NCBI GenBank assembly: GCA_038060895.1 | Contig: JBBTCT010000002.1 | Coordinates: 32,001-96,000 of the forward strand | DNA from: Planctomycetota bacterium | Lineage (GTDB): Bacteria; Planctomycetota; MHYJ01; WSZJ01 | Direction of reading: 5' to 3' | Length of the DNA stretch: 64,000 nt | Shown: one piece after another, positions 27,294 to 35,658 of the stretch | Layout: every line of letters starts with the position of its first letter | Position numbering within the stretch: position 1 is the first letter of the stretch | Position numbers and translations under genes: made by a program | Notes under the pieces: model-generated | Seen by the model: only the letters and a program-made list of their open reading frames with translations | What the model was told of the DNA's origin: nothing | Database searches by the model: none

Positions 27294-27758
27294 ATGCCCC
27301 TCTCCCTCTCCTCCCCCGCCTTCCTGAACGGCGCTTCCATCCCGCGCCAGCACACCTGCGAAGGCCCCGACCTCTCCCCCGCCCTCGCCTGGTCCTGCGT
27401 CCCCGCTTCGGCGAAGTCCCTCGCCCTCATCGTTGACGACCCCGACGCGCCCGACCCCAGGGCCCCCAAGATGACCTGGGTCCACTGGGTCCTCTACAAC
27501 ATCCCCCCGGGCACCGCCGGCATCCCCGAAGCCAGCTCCCCCGCCGGCGCACTCCCCGGCCTCAACGACTGGAAACGCACCGGCTGGGGCGGCCCCTGCC
27601 CCCCCATCGGCCGCCACCGCTACTTCTTCAAGCTCTTCGCCCTCGACGCCGCCCTCCCCGATCTCAAGAAGCCGACGAAGGCGGAGCTGGAAGCGGCGAT
27701 GAAGGGGCATGTGGTGGAGAAGGTGGAGATGGTGGGGACTTATGAGAAGGGGAAGTAG
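27294..27758 (+). CDS. YbhB/YbcL (PEBP) protein, second copy
   Basis: DDPDAP, WVHWVLYNIP, GPCPP and HRYFFKLFALD motifs; AGGAG RBS. Confidence 0.93.
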   Translation: MPLSLSSPAFLNGASIPRQHTCEGPDLSPALAWSCVPASAKSLALIVDDPDAPDPRAPKMTWVHWVLYNIPPGTAGIPEASSPAGALPGLNDWKRTGWGGPCPPIGRHRYFFKLFALDAALPDLKKPTKAELEAAMKGHVVEKVEMVGTYEKGK

Positions 27759-27769
27759 GGGCGCGCGTC

Positions 27770-27991
27770 CGCGCCAGGAGCCGCGCCGAATTCAGGATGA
27801 AGGCCAGCTCCGAGCCGACGTGGACGAGTGAAGCGAGGATGGGGGTGAGGACGCCGAAGGCGGCGAAGGCCATGGCGGCGGCGTCGACGGCGAGGGTGCC
27901 GGCGAAGTTGAAGTGGATGATGCGGAGGCAGCGGCGGGCGGTCGCCGGGGAGTTGATAGGCGGCGTCGCGGAGGAGGGCGCGGCGCGACAT
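27770..27991 (-). pseudogene. Chimeric remnant: N-terminus of a TPR-family gene joined out of frame to the C-terminus of a P1B-type heavy-metal ATPase
   Basis: MSRRALLRDAAYQLPGDR in one frame, then ARRCLRIIHFNFAGTLAVD...LVHVGSELAFILNSARLL in another. Confidence 0.7.
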
Positions 27992-28008
27992 CCGCGAATG
28001 TTCAGCCT

Positions 28009-29550
28009 TTACGCGGGCTCCTCGTCGAACGGCGGCACACCGGACTTCGCGCATGAGGCGCGCATGTCCACGGTGGAAGATTGAAGGGTCCGGTTGTCGT
28101 GGAGTTGCCGCAGGATGTTTGCGGCCTGCTGCCAGGTCTGGCGCGCCCGAGCGATCTTTCCCAGGGCGAGCAGGAGAAGCGCAAAGTCCCCGAGGCGCGT
28201 CCCCTCGGTCTGGCGGTCGCCGACTGCCCGGAGGATCTTGAGCGACTGCTCATACGTTCGCTTGGCCAGCTCGACGCGGCCGGTCTCGCGGAAGATGCTG
28301 GCCAGATCGGCCAGGGCGATGCCTTCGAATCGTCGATCGCCGACCCCTCTGTGAATCGCGAGCGCCTGACCGTGCGTCCGCTCGGCAAGTTCGAGGCGGT
28401 GAGTATCCCGGTAGACAAGGGCCAGGTTTCCCAACGCGATGCCCTCGCTTCGCTGGTTGCCGACCTCGCGGTGGATCGCGAGCGCCTCCTCGTAAGACTG
28501 CTCTGCAAGTTCGAGCCGGTGAGTTTCCTGGTAAACGAGAGCCAGGTTTCCCAGTGCTACGCCCTCGCTTCGCCGGTTGCCGACCTGGCGGTTGATTTCA
28601 AGCGCCCGCAGGTACGTCCGCTCTGCCAGTTCGGCGCGGTGGGTCTCGCGGTAGAGACTGGCCAGGTTTCCCAGAGCGACTCCCTCAAACCATTGATTTC
28701 CAGACCTCTTGTGGATCGCAAGCGCTCGGCCGAGCGCCAGCTCACCCATCTCAACACGGCCAGTCTCCCTGTACAGGTTGGCCAAATTCATCAGCGCGAC
28801 ACCCTCACTTCTTCGGTCGCGGCGCTCAAGATGGATCGCCAGCGCCTGGTCGTACATCTGCTCTGCCAACTCGACGCGGCCGGTCTCGTGGTACACACTG
28901 GCCAGGTTCAGCATTTCGGAGCTTTCGGCCCGGCGGTCGCCAAACTCGCGGTAGATCTCCAGCGCCTGGCCGAATGTCCGCTCCGCCAACTTGACCCGGC
29001 CGATCTCCTGATAAAGGCTGGCAAGGTTCCCCGACGCCGCACCCTCCAGGCGGCGCGCCCGGACTTCACGCGTGAGCTCGAGCGCATCTCTCAGCAGTCC
29101 TTCGGCCACGACGGTTTGCCCTCGTTTCCATGCGACCACACCCGCACGACGGACCGCTTCCGCACGATGAGCGCCTACCAGCAGACCTGACAGCTTCTGC
29201 CAGCACTCCTGCGCAGATTCAAGGCGGAACTCCTGCTCTGCAACTTCCGCGGCACGACGGAGATACAGCACGTGAGCGCTTCTGAGCGAGCGGGACTCGT
29301 CCAGGGAGGCAGCGCGACTCGCGTGGTCGGCGAGTTCGTGCGCGACCGCATCCGTCGCGTGCGCGACGAAGGTCCTTTTTCCTGCCGCGTCAAACGGAGG
29401 CGGCTCAAGCGGGCGTCCACCCGACAGACCTTCGATCAGCTCGAATGCCAACCCGTGCAGCCTCGCGCGATCACCGGGAAGTTGGAGCTGGTAGGCGGCG
29501 TCCCGCAGAAGTGCGTGTCTGAACACATAGACCGATTCCGTGGAGGTCAT
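28009..29550 (-). CDS. Tetratricopeptide-repeat protein (40-aa repeats)
   Basis: Starts YVFRHALLRDAAY; about 8 repeats of EGVALGNLA..Y.ET.R.ELAE, visible as a 120-bp period in the DNA. Confidence 0.9.
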   Translation of the reverse strand: MTSTESVYVFRHALLRDAAYQLQLPGDRARLHGLAFELIEGLSGGRPLEPPPFDAAGKRTFVAHATDAVAHELADHASRAASLDESRSLRSAHVLYLRRAAEVAEQEFRLESAQECWQKLSGLLVGAHRAEAVRRAGVVAWKRGQTVVAEGLLRDALELTREVRARRLEGAASGNLASLYQEIGRVKLAERTFGQALEIYREFGDRRAESSEMLNLASVYHETGRVELAEQMYDQALAIHLERRDRRSEGVALMNLANLYRETGRVEMGELALGRALAIHKRSGNQWFEGVALGNLASLYRETHRAELAERTYLRALEINRQVGNRRSEGVALGNLALVYQETHRLELAEQSYEEALAIHREVGNQRSEGIALGNLALVYRDTHRLELAERTHGQALAIHRGVGDRRFEGIALADLASIFRETGRVELAKRTYEQSLKILRAVGDRQTEGTRLGDFALLLLALGKIARARQTWQQAANILRQLHDNRTLQSSTVDMRASCAKSGVPPFDEEPA

Positions 29551-29699
29551 GGTCCGATGCTATGTCAGGCGTCGCCCTGAGCGAAGCCTGACGGCCGCCG
29601 GAGCCGCGCTTACGGCCCGAGTCGAAGAGTCTGCGTCGTAGCGGTGTCTGCCGTTGCGGAAGTCGCCAGCGATCCGGGCGTTCGGGTGCAGGAGTGCGT

Positions 29700-30257
29700 C
29701 TACGTCACCAGCCACCTCGCCCGCGTCGCCCACGCCGATCGCGGCCACTTGTCCGACAGCTCTTTCCACGCAACCTTCGCCGCTTCGATCCCGCCGGTGC
29801 GGCGGAACTCGCTGACCCCGAGCCAGTACATGGCCTCGGGGGCGCGGTCGTGCTGCGGGGCGCGGCCGACGGAGTCGCGGAGGAGGCGGCTGGCGTTGTC
29901 GAAGTCGCGGGCTTCGAGGGCGGCGCGGGCGAGGCCGTAGGCGAACTCGGCGAGGAAGTCGGCGGGGGGGAGCCAGCCGATGGTCTGGTGGAGGATGGAG
30001 CCGTCGGGAAGCGCGGCGAAGACCGTGGGCGTCCAGATGACGCGCAGCTTCTTCGCGAGGTCGCGCTGCTCCTTGACGTTCACCTTGAGCGCGACGTAGT
30101 TCTCTTCCACGAACGCCGCGACTTCCGCCGTTGGATACGTATCCGCATCCAGTTTCGCGCAGGCGGGTCAGTTGGGGGAGAAGGCGTCGATGAGAAGCGG
30201 CCGCTTCAGGGTCTGCGCTTCCTTCACGGCTTCGTCGTAGGATGCGGCCCACTTCAT
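29700..30257 (-). CDS. Thioredoxin-fold plus TPR selenoprotein, UxxC motif (TGA at codon 30, 30168-30170)
   Basis: GGAGG RBS; MKWAASYDEAVKEAQTLKRPLLIDAFSPN-U-PACAKLDADTY is in frame with ORF 29700..30110 (WTPT cis-Pro loop, APEAMYWLG). Confidence 0.92.
30132..30151 (-). promoter_or_regulatory. Putative SECIS hairpin
   Basis: UGGAUGCG-GAUA-CGUAUCCA; 8-bp stem with a G-first loop 24 nt after UGA. Confidence 0.75.
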
Positions 30258-30341
30258 GGAAATCCTCCGAAACTTGAGGGGGCGGGTCGGGTTTCTTCTG
30301 AGCCCTTCGTATCAGACCCTTCCACAATAAGGAAGCTGCCG

Positions 30342-31973
30342 ATGCGGACCCTTGCCCTTGCCCTCGCCCTTGCCCTGCCGGTCGCTGCGGAAGGCTGGAC
30401 CGCCGAGCAGAAGGACGTGCAGATCCCGATGCGCGATGGCAAGTGGCTGGCGGCGGACCTGTTCCTGCCGGCGAAGGAGGGCGAGTATCCCTGCGTCCTG
30501 GTGCAGACGCCCTACAACAAGAAGCACATGGGGACGGTGATGACGCTCGCGAACGTTCCCGCCGGCGAGACGGGGCGCGGTTCGACGAACGACATGAAGG
30601 TGCTGATGGACCGCGAGCACTACGCGTACGTGTTCGTGGACTGGCGCGGGTTCTACGGGTCGAAGGCGGCGACGAAGGCGATGGCGAAGCGCGGGCTGGA
30701 CGGCTACGACTGCGTCGAGTGGATCGCGAAGCAGGCGTGGAGCGACGGGAAGGTGGGGACGTGGGGCGGAAGCGCGCTCGGGAAACAGCAGCTGGACACG
30801 GCGGTGGAGCATCCGCCGCACCTGGTGTGCTGCGCGCCGCTGATCGCCGCGATGGGGCAGGACTACGAGTCGTACTACGAGGGCGGCGTGCTGCTGGAGG
30901 GGCACGTGAAGCGGCTCGACCAGCTCGGGTTCGGGGTGAGCGAGAAGGTGATCGGGGCGCCGCTGTCGGGGACGCCGCTCTGGAAGTTCGCGGAGAAGGC
31001 GACGTATCACCCGGAGGCGATCGATGTGCCGTGCCTGATGATCACGGGGTGGTGGGACAACTACCCGGACGCGATCGTGAGGACGTTCGAGGACATCGTG
31101 GCGAAGGGCGGCGACGCGGCACGGTCGGGGTCGAAGCTGCTGATCGGGCCGTGGGACCACGTGAGCATCGGCGTCACGGAGCAGGGCGCGCTGAAGTTCG
31201 AGAAGGCGTCGCTCGAGTCGGCGCGCGCCGCGAAGGTGTTCTTCGACTTCTGGCTGCGCGGGATGAAAGACAACGGCTGGGACAAGGTGGCGCGCGTGCG
31301 GTACTGGCCGGTGAACGAGGAGGAGTGGAAGAGTTGCGAGGCGTGGAGCGGCGTCAAACGCGAGACGAAGTCATTCTGGCTCACCGCCGAGGGCAGGCTC
31401 GCGACGGAAAAGCCGCAGCAGGACGCCACAAAGTCGTGGACGTTTGACCCGGTCGATCCCTCCCCGACCCTCGGCGGTGCGAATCTCCCGCCGATGAAGC
31501 ACGGGCCTACCGATCAATCCGAGCTCTCGAGTCGCAAGGACGGAATGTGGTTCACGACGGGAAAACTCGAGAAGGCCCTTCGCGTGAACGGCAACGTCGA
31601 GCTCACGATTTCCTTCGAAGCCAACGCTCCTGACTGCGACTTCACCGCGCGCCTCTGCGACGCGGGCCCGGACGGAAGACCCGTCCTGATCGGCGACGCC
31701 GTCGGCCGCGGAAAGCTGCGCGATGGAACGGCCGCGGCGAAACTTCTCCAGCAGGGTCAGACGTACGCGCTCACACTGCGCTTCCCCGCGACGGCCGCGA
31801 CGTTTCCGGAGGGCCACGAGTTGCGCGTCTATCTCTCCAACACGAACTGGCCGCGCTACGAGCGCAACACGGGGACCGGCGCGGATCACTGGGATGAGAA
31901 GACCGCGCAGCCGGTGAAGGTCACCCTGCACCTGGGGGCTTGCGAGATGCGGTTGCCAGTGGTTGCGGAATGA
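30342..31973 (+). CDS. CocE/NonD family hydrolase, secreted
   Basis: Signal peptide; IPMRDG, QTPY, DWRGFYGS, GTWGGSALG, GWWD and IGPWDH motifs. Confidence 0.92.
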   Translation: MRTLALALALALPVAAEGWTAEQKDVQIPMRDGKWLAADLFLPAKEGEYPCVLVQTPYNKKHMGTVMTLANVPAGETGRGSTNDMKVLMDREHYAYVFVDWRGFYGSKAATKAMAKRGLDGYDCVEWIAKQAWSDGKVGTWGGSALGKQQLDTAVEHPPHLVCCAPLIAAMGQDYESYYEGGVLLEGHVKRLDQLGFGVSEKVIGAPLSGTPLWKFAEKATYHPEAIDVPCLMITGWWDNYPDAIVRTFEDIVAKGGDAARSGSKLLIGPWDHVSIGVTEQGALKFEKASLESARAAKVFFDFWLRGMKDNGWDKVARVRYWPVNEEEWKSCEAWSGVKRETKSFWLTAEGRLATEKPQQDATKSWTFDPVDPSPTLGGANLPPMKHGPTDQSELSSRKDGMWFTTGKLEKALRVNGNVELTISFEANAPDCDFTARLCDAGPDGRPVLIGDAVGRGKLRDGTAAAKLLQQGQTYALTLRFPATAATFPEGHELRVYLSNTNWPRYERNTGTGADHWDEKTAQPVKVTLHLGACEMRLPVVAE

Positions 31974-31991
31974 CCATTGGTTCCAGTAGCC

Positions 31992-32070
31992 GTATCCGAG
32001 AATTCCCTTCTGATTTTGAGACAAGGACATTCGCGGATGAAAGCAGATGACGCGGAAACAGCCGCGGATA
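31992..32070. repeat. Truncated copy of the CGCGGA-unit palindromic element at 61218-61345
   Basis: cgcggatgaaagcagatgacgcggaaacagccgcggata versus cgcggatgaaagcgaatgacgcggaaacggccgcggata. Confidence 0.85.
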
Positions 32071-32108
32071 AGGACCTGCAGAAACTCGGACCCGGGTAGG
32101 ATCCCCCC

Positions 32109-32621
32109 ATGGACTTCGTCGCCTTCCTCCGAGGCGCCAACGTCGGCGGTGCGCGCGTCTTCAAGCCCGCCGCGTTCGCGCTGAAACTCTGCGTCGGGAA
32201 CATCGGCGCGGCCGGGACGTTCGTTGCGCGGAAGCGATCCTCGGCCGCTGCCGTGAAGAAGGAGTTCGCATCAGCGCTGCCGTTCGAAACCGAGATCCTC
32301 GTCTCTACCGCGGCGGAAATCGCGGCGCTCGTGAAGCGCGACCCCTTCCGGAAACTCCCGGCCGGCGCGAAGCCGGTCGTCACGATCCTCGCCGCGAAGC
32401 CGAAGTCGGTCTGCGACTTCCCTTTCGACCGTCCCGCCGGGCCGAAGTGGGAGGTGCGACTGTTCGAGATCGACGGCGCGTTCGTGCCCGGGTGCTACCG
32501 CGTTTTCGGAAAGCTCGGCCACTACCCGAACGAGATCGTTGAGAAAGTGCTCGGCGTACCGGCGACCACGCGCGGCTGGCCCACCTTCCTGAAGATTCAC
32601 TCCAGGCTGCAGTCCGGCTGA
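32109..32621 (+). CDS. DUF1697 domain protein
   Basis: VAFLRGANVGG start and PATTRGWPT end. Confidence 0.8.
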   Translation: MDFVAFLRGANVGGARVFKPAAFALKLCVGNIGAAGTFVARKRSSAAAVKKEFASALPFETEILVSTAAEIAALVKRDPFRKLPAGAKPVVTILAAKPKSVCDFPFDRPAGPKWEVRLFEIDGAFVPGCYRVFGKLGHYPNEIVEKVLGVPATTRGWPTFLKIHSRLQSG

Positions 32622-32651
32622 CTCGCAACCCGCAACTCGTAACTCGCAACT
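32621..32651 (+). repeat. Heptamer tandem repeat (ACTCGCA x4)
   Basis: actcgca-acccgca-actcgta-actcgca-act. Confidence 0.85.
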
Positions 32652-32687
32652 GTTGCGGCGAGGGCGAGCCTGCGATAGAACGCCTGC

Positions 32688-33446
32688 ATGCCTCCGAAAC
32701 CCGTCCCTCTTCCCCCCATGCCCGACTTCGTGCGCCAATGCGCGTGGGAGATCGACGAAGCACTGATCCTGGTCGATCTCGTCGGGACGATGGCGTGGGC
32801 GAACAAGCGTGCGCAGGCGCTGTTCGGGTACAACGAAACCGAGCTGCTTGGCCGGCCGGTGATGATGCTCTACAGCGCTTCCAATTCGCCGTCGCTCTCG
32901 AAAGAAATCGTCGAGGCGACACTTTCCGGCGGGTGGCGCGGCGACATCATGAACGTCATGAAGGACGGGACGGAGTTCCCGTGCCAGATGACGACGACGC
33001 TGATCAAGGACGCCGAGGGCAATCCGGTCGGCATCGCGGGGGTGCTCGTTGACCTGAGGCGCCTGTGGGGGCGGACCCCCGAAGAGGACGGCGAGGCCGC
33101 TTCCGGGCGGATGCTCTCGCGGCTGATCATGGGTGCGGAGGGGGACATCGCGGCGCTGGCGATTGCGGGCGGGCTCGGGATGGACGCGGTGGCGCTTTTT
33201 GATCCGAACGCGCAGATGGCCGGGTACGCGGGGGACCCGTTCCTGAAGGACGAGATGGCGAAGCGGCCGTTTCCGCAGGTGGAGGAAGTGCTGCTGAAGG
33301 AGCTGGGGGCGCGGTGTTCGCTGCAGGGTGTGGGGGAGACGGGGAGCGTGGTGGCGGTGAGTTTTGAGAAGAAGGAAGTGGACGAGGCGGTGAGGGCGGT
33401 TTTCAGGGCGATGCTGAAAATTTTGAGGGTGGATGGGACGACATAA
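32688..33446 (+). CDS. PAS domain protein
   Basis: ANKRAQALFGYNETELLGRP and KDGTEFP motifs; no recognisable output domain. Confidence 0.8.
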   Translation: MPPKPVPLPPMPDFVRQCAWEIDEALILVDLVGTMAWANKRAQALFGYNETELLGRPVMMLYSASNSPSLSKEIVEATLSGGWRGDIMNVMKDGTEFPCQMTTTLIKDAEGNPVGIAGVLVDLRRLWGRTPEEDGEAASGRMLSRLIMGAEGDIAALAIAGGLGMDAVALFDPNAQMAGYAGDPFLKDEMAKRPFPQVEEVLLKELGARCSLQGVGETGSVVAVSFEKKEVDEAVRAVFRAMLKILRVDGTT

Positions 33447-33542
33447 GACATGACGTGGCAACAGGTTGCGGTTGTCATTCAACAGTCGGGATGAGAAAAA
33501 CCGGTGGAGTGCCTTGACCCTAGCAGGATCGCGGGTTATCAT

Positions 33543-33562
33543 GTGAGTGAACACTCACTCGC
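33543..33562. promoter_or_regulatory. Putative TetR operator 1
   Basis: Palindrome GAGTGA-acac-TCACTC directly after a TATCAT -10-like box. Confidence 0.8.
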
Positions 33563-33574
33563 GACAAGGACACC

Positions 33575-34159
33575 ATGATCCTCGACGAATCCAAGCAGGA
33601 CACCAAGCTCCCCGCCATCTTGAACGCCGCCATCCGCCTCTTCGTCGAAAACGGCGTCGCTTCCACCACCATCCGCGACATCGCCAAGGCCGCCAAAGTC
33701 GCCGAAGGCACCCTCTACCGCCACTACGACTCCAAGGAAGAACTCGCCCGCGACATCCTCCAGACCAACCTTGCCACCTTTTCCGATTTCCTCGACCGCG
33801 GCGCGCGCACCAAACCCAACCTCGCGGGCCGCCTCGAAGGCATCGCCCGCGCTTTCGCCGAGGCCTACGAAGAAAATCAGGACGTCGCCCGCTTCATCCT
33901 CTTTTCCCACGCCGCCGAAATGGGACGCCTCCCGAAGTCGATGCGCCTCCCCCGCCACGTCGTTCTCGACATCCTGAAGGAAGCAGTGGCGGCGCGCGAG
34001 TTGCCGGCCTCGGCGGACCTCGATCTTCTCCAGGCGATGATCATCGGGGCGTGCTCGCGGCTGCTGCTGGCGAAGGCTTACGGCGAGGTGAAGGGAGACC
34101 TGCGCGAGAAGGCGCCGGAGATGGGTCGCCGGCTGGCGCGGCTGGTGGAGGGGAGATAG
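33575..34159 (+). CDS. TetR/AcrR family transcriptional regulator
   Basis: HTH motif TTIRDIAKAAKVAEGTLYRHYDSKEEL. Confidence 0.95.
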   Translation: MILDESKQDTKLPAILNAAIRLFVENGVASTTIRDIAKAAKVAEGTLYRHYDSKEELARDILQTNLATFSDFLDRGARTKPNLAGRLEGIARAFAEAYEENQDVARFILFSHAAEMGRLPKSMRLPRHVVLDILKEAVAARELPASADLDLLQAMIIGACSRLLLAKAYGEVKGDLREKAPEMGRRLARLVEGR

Positions 34160-34233
34160 ATGCGCGATACGCGGCGACATCTGCGGGCAGGCTCGGCGGA
34201 GGCTGGGAAGAGAGTTTTGTTTTCGTCCCACGA

Positions 34234-34253
34234 GCGAGTGAATGTTCACTCAC
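34234..34253. promoter_or_regulatory. Putative TetR operator 2
   Basis: GAGTGA-atgt-TCACTC; 19/20 identical to the reverse complement of 33543-33562. Confidence 0.8.
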
Positions 34254-34702
34254 TTAAGGAAGAGCCGAAGCCGAGTTCAACACGGGGCTCGCTCAATGCC
34301 GCCATCGGCTGGACCGGCATCGCCGTTGGCCTCGTCGCCGCCCTCTGGATCGGAATGTGGGCGTTCGCTGGCCCCATGCCAGCCCCCGCCGGTTTCGAAT
34401 CCTACGACGCCCTCCCCCGCCGCCTCCTCCGTCTCGCGCACATCGCCGCCATCGCCGTCGGCGCGCTCAACGTCCTCCTTGGCCGCGAACTCCCCCGCCT
34501 CGCGCTGTCGCAGAAATGGAAAACCGCGTGCTCCTGGCTCGCGATCGCCGCGTGGCCCGGACTCACGCTCGTCCTCGCCGCCGCCGCGGTCGCGCCGGAA
34601 GCAAAGTACGCGCTTCCCGCCGGCGCGCTGGCGCTTACCGCTTCCATGACCATTGCCGCCGCCGGAGCGTGGCGGAATCTTTCCAGGAGACCCTGCGAAT
34701 GA
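34238..34702 (+). CDS. Four-TM membrane protein (RRLLRLAH motif); start uncertain
   Basis: In-frame GTG inside operator 2 (the ORF is open from 34160); four hydrophobic helices. Confidence 0.65.
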   Translation: MNVHSLKEEPKPSSTRGSLNAAIGWTGIAVGLVAALWIGMWAFAGPMPAPAGFESYDALPRRLLRLAHIAAIAVGALNVLLGRELPRLALSQKWKTACSWLAIAAWPGLTLVLAAAAVAPEAKYALPAGALALTASMTIAAAGAWRNLSRRPCE

Positions 34703-35646
34703 TCAGACGACTCTCCCTTCTCGCTCTCGCTCTCGCCGGCGGCTGCAAGGCCGATCCTGGCGATACCCCGCTCAAGGCATGGGACCGCCTCCGCGCGGCC
34801 GTCGCCGCGGACGACTCGGCCGCGGCCCTCGCGTCCGTCAGCGCCGCGACCCGCAGCAAGGAGCTGGCCGGCGCCGAACTGCTGCGCCACCTGCCGCCGA
34901 AGTCTCTTCCGCCGTCGCTTGCCGCCAGGGCGAAGCCGGACGAAACGGTCCCGTGGAGTGCGGAACGGATCGCGGGGGAAACGCTGCTGCTCGCGTACAA
35001 AGGGCTGTGGCAGGTCCCGCTGGCGGAATCGGCCACCGTCGAGACGGTCTCCGCCGGCAGCGCCGCGGTCGTCTCCCTGAACCCGCGCAACCGGGTGCGG
35101 TGGGCGCTCGTCCTGGAAGACGGCGCCTGGAAATTCGACATTGCCGCTTCCCACCTCGCCCCGCGCGAGCCTGGCTCCGCCACCGGTTCGACAACGGAGT
35201 GCGCCAACCGCCTGCGGCAGACCGGCATCGACATCGCGCTGTTCGAGTCGAAGTTCAAGGGCTACCCCTCCGACTGGGCCGACCTCCGCGCGTCGGGCGT
35301 GCAGAGGTCCGATGCCTGCACCCGCTGTTCGTTCGGGGAGACCGCGCCGTTCGAGTACCGCTTCCCCATCGACGGCGACCACGCGCCCCCCGATTGGCTC
35401 ATGGCCTGGGACCCGGAGCTGCACGTCGACGGCAGGCGCAACATCCTGTATTTCCAGGGTCGCGCCGACCTCATCGCGGAGTCCGAATTCCAGAAGCGGC
35501 TCGAGGCGCAGAACAAGAACGTGGCCGGGCGCATCCAGGCGGCGCTGGAGGCCGCGCGGAACGCGGCCGCCGCTTCGCCGGGAAACGCGGTCCTCAAACG
35601 CCGGGTCCGCGGGCTGGAAGAGCTGACGTCCCGCACGTCGAAGTGA
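34699..35646 (+). CDS. Putative lipoprotein with an H-X9-DG-CTERM-like segment
   Basis: Lipobox LALAGGC; HVDGRRNILYFQGR segment; ATGA overlap. Confidence 0.6.
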   Translation: MIRRLSLLALALAGGCKADPGDTPLKAWDRLRAAVAADDSAAALASVSAATRSKELAGAELLRHLPPKSLPPSLAARAKPDETVPWSAERIAGETLLLAYKGLWQVPLAESATVETVSAGSAAVVSLNPRNRVRWALVLEDGAWKFDIAASHLAPREPGSATGSTTECANRLRQTGIDIALFESKFKGYPSDWADLRASGVQRSDACTRCSFGETAPFEYRFPIDGDHAPPDWLMAWDPELHVDGRRNILYFQGRADLIAESEFQKRLEAQNKNVAGRIQAALEAARNAAAASPGNAVLKRRVRGLEELTSRTSK

Positions 35647-35658
35647 AAGGAGTGAAGG

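Noticed and set aside
28009-29100. 120-bp periodic repeats that could be taken for a CRISPR or tandem array
   Set aside because: They are degenerate in-frame 40-aa TPR units with no constant repeat and unique spacer structure, and there are no cas genes.
33456-33470. Sigma-54-like sequence TGGCAACAGGTTGC
   Set aside because: The GG-to-GC spacing is 9 nt rather than the required 10.
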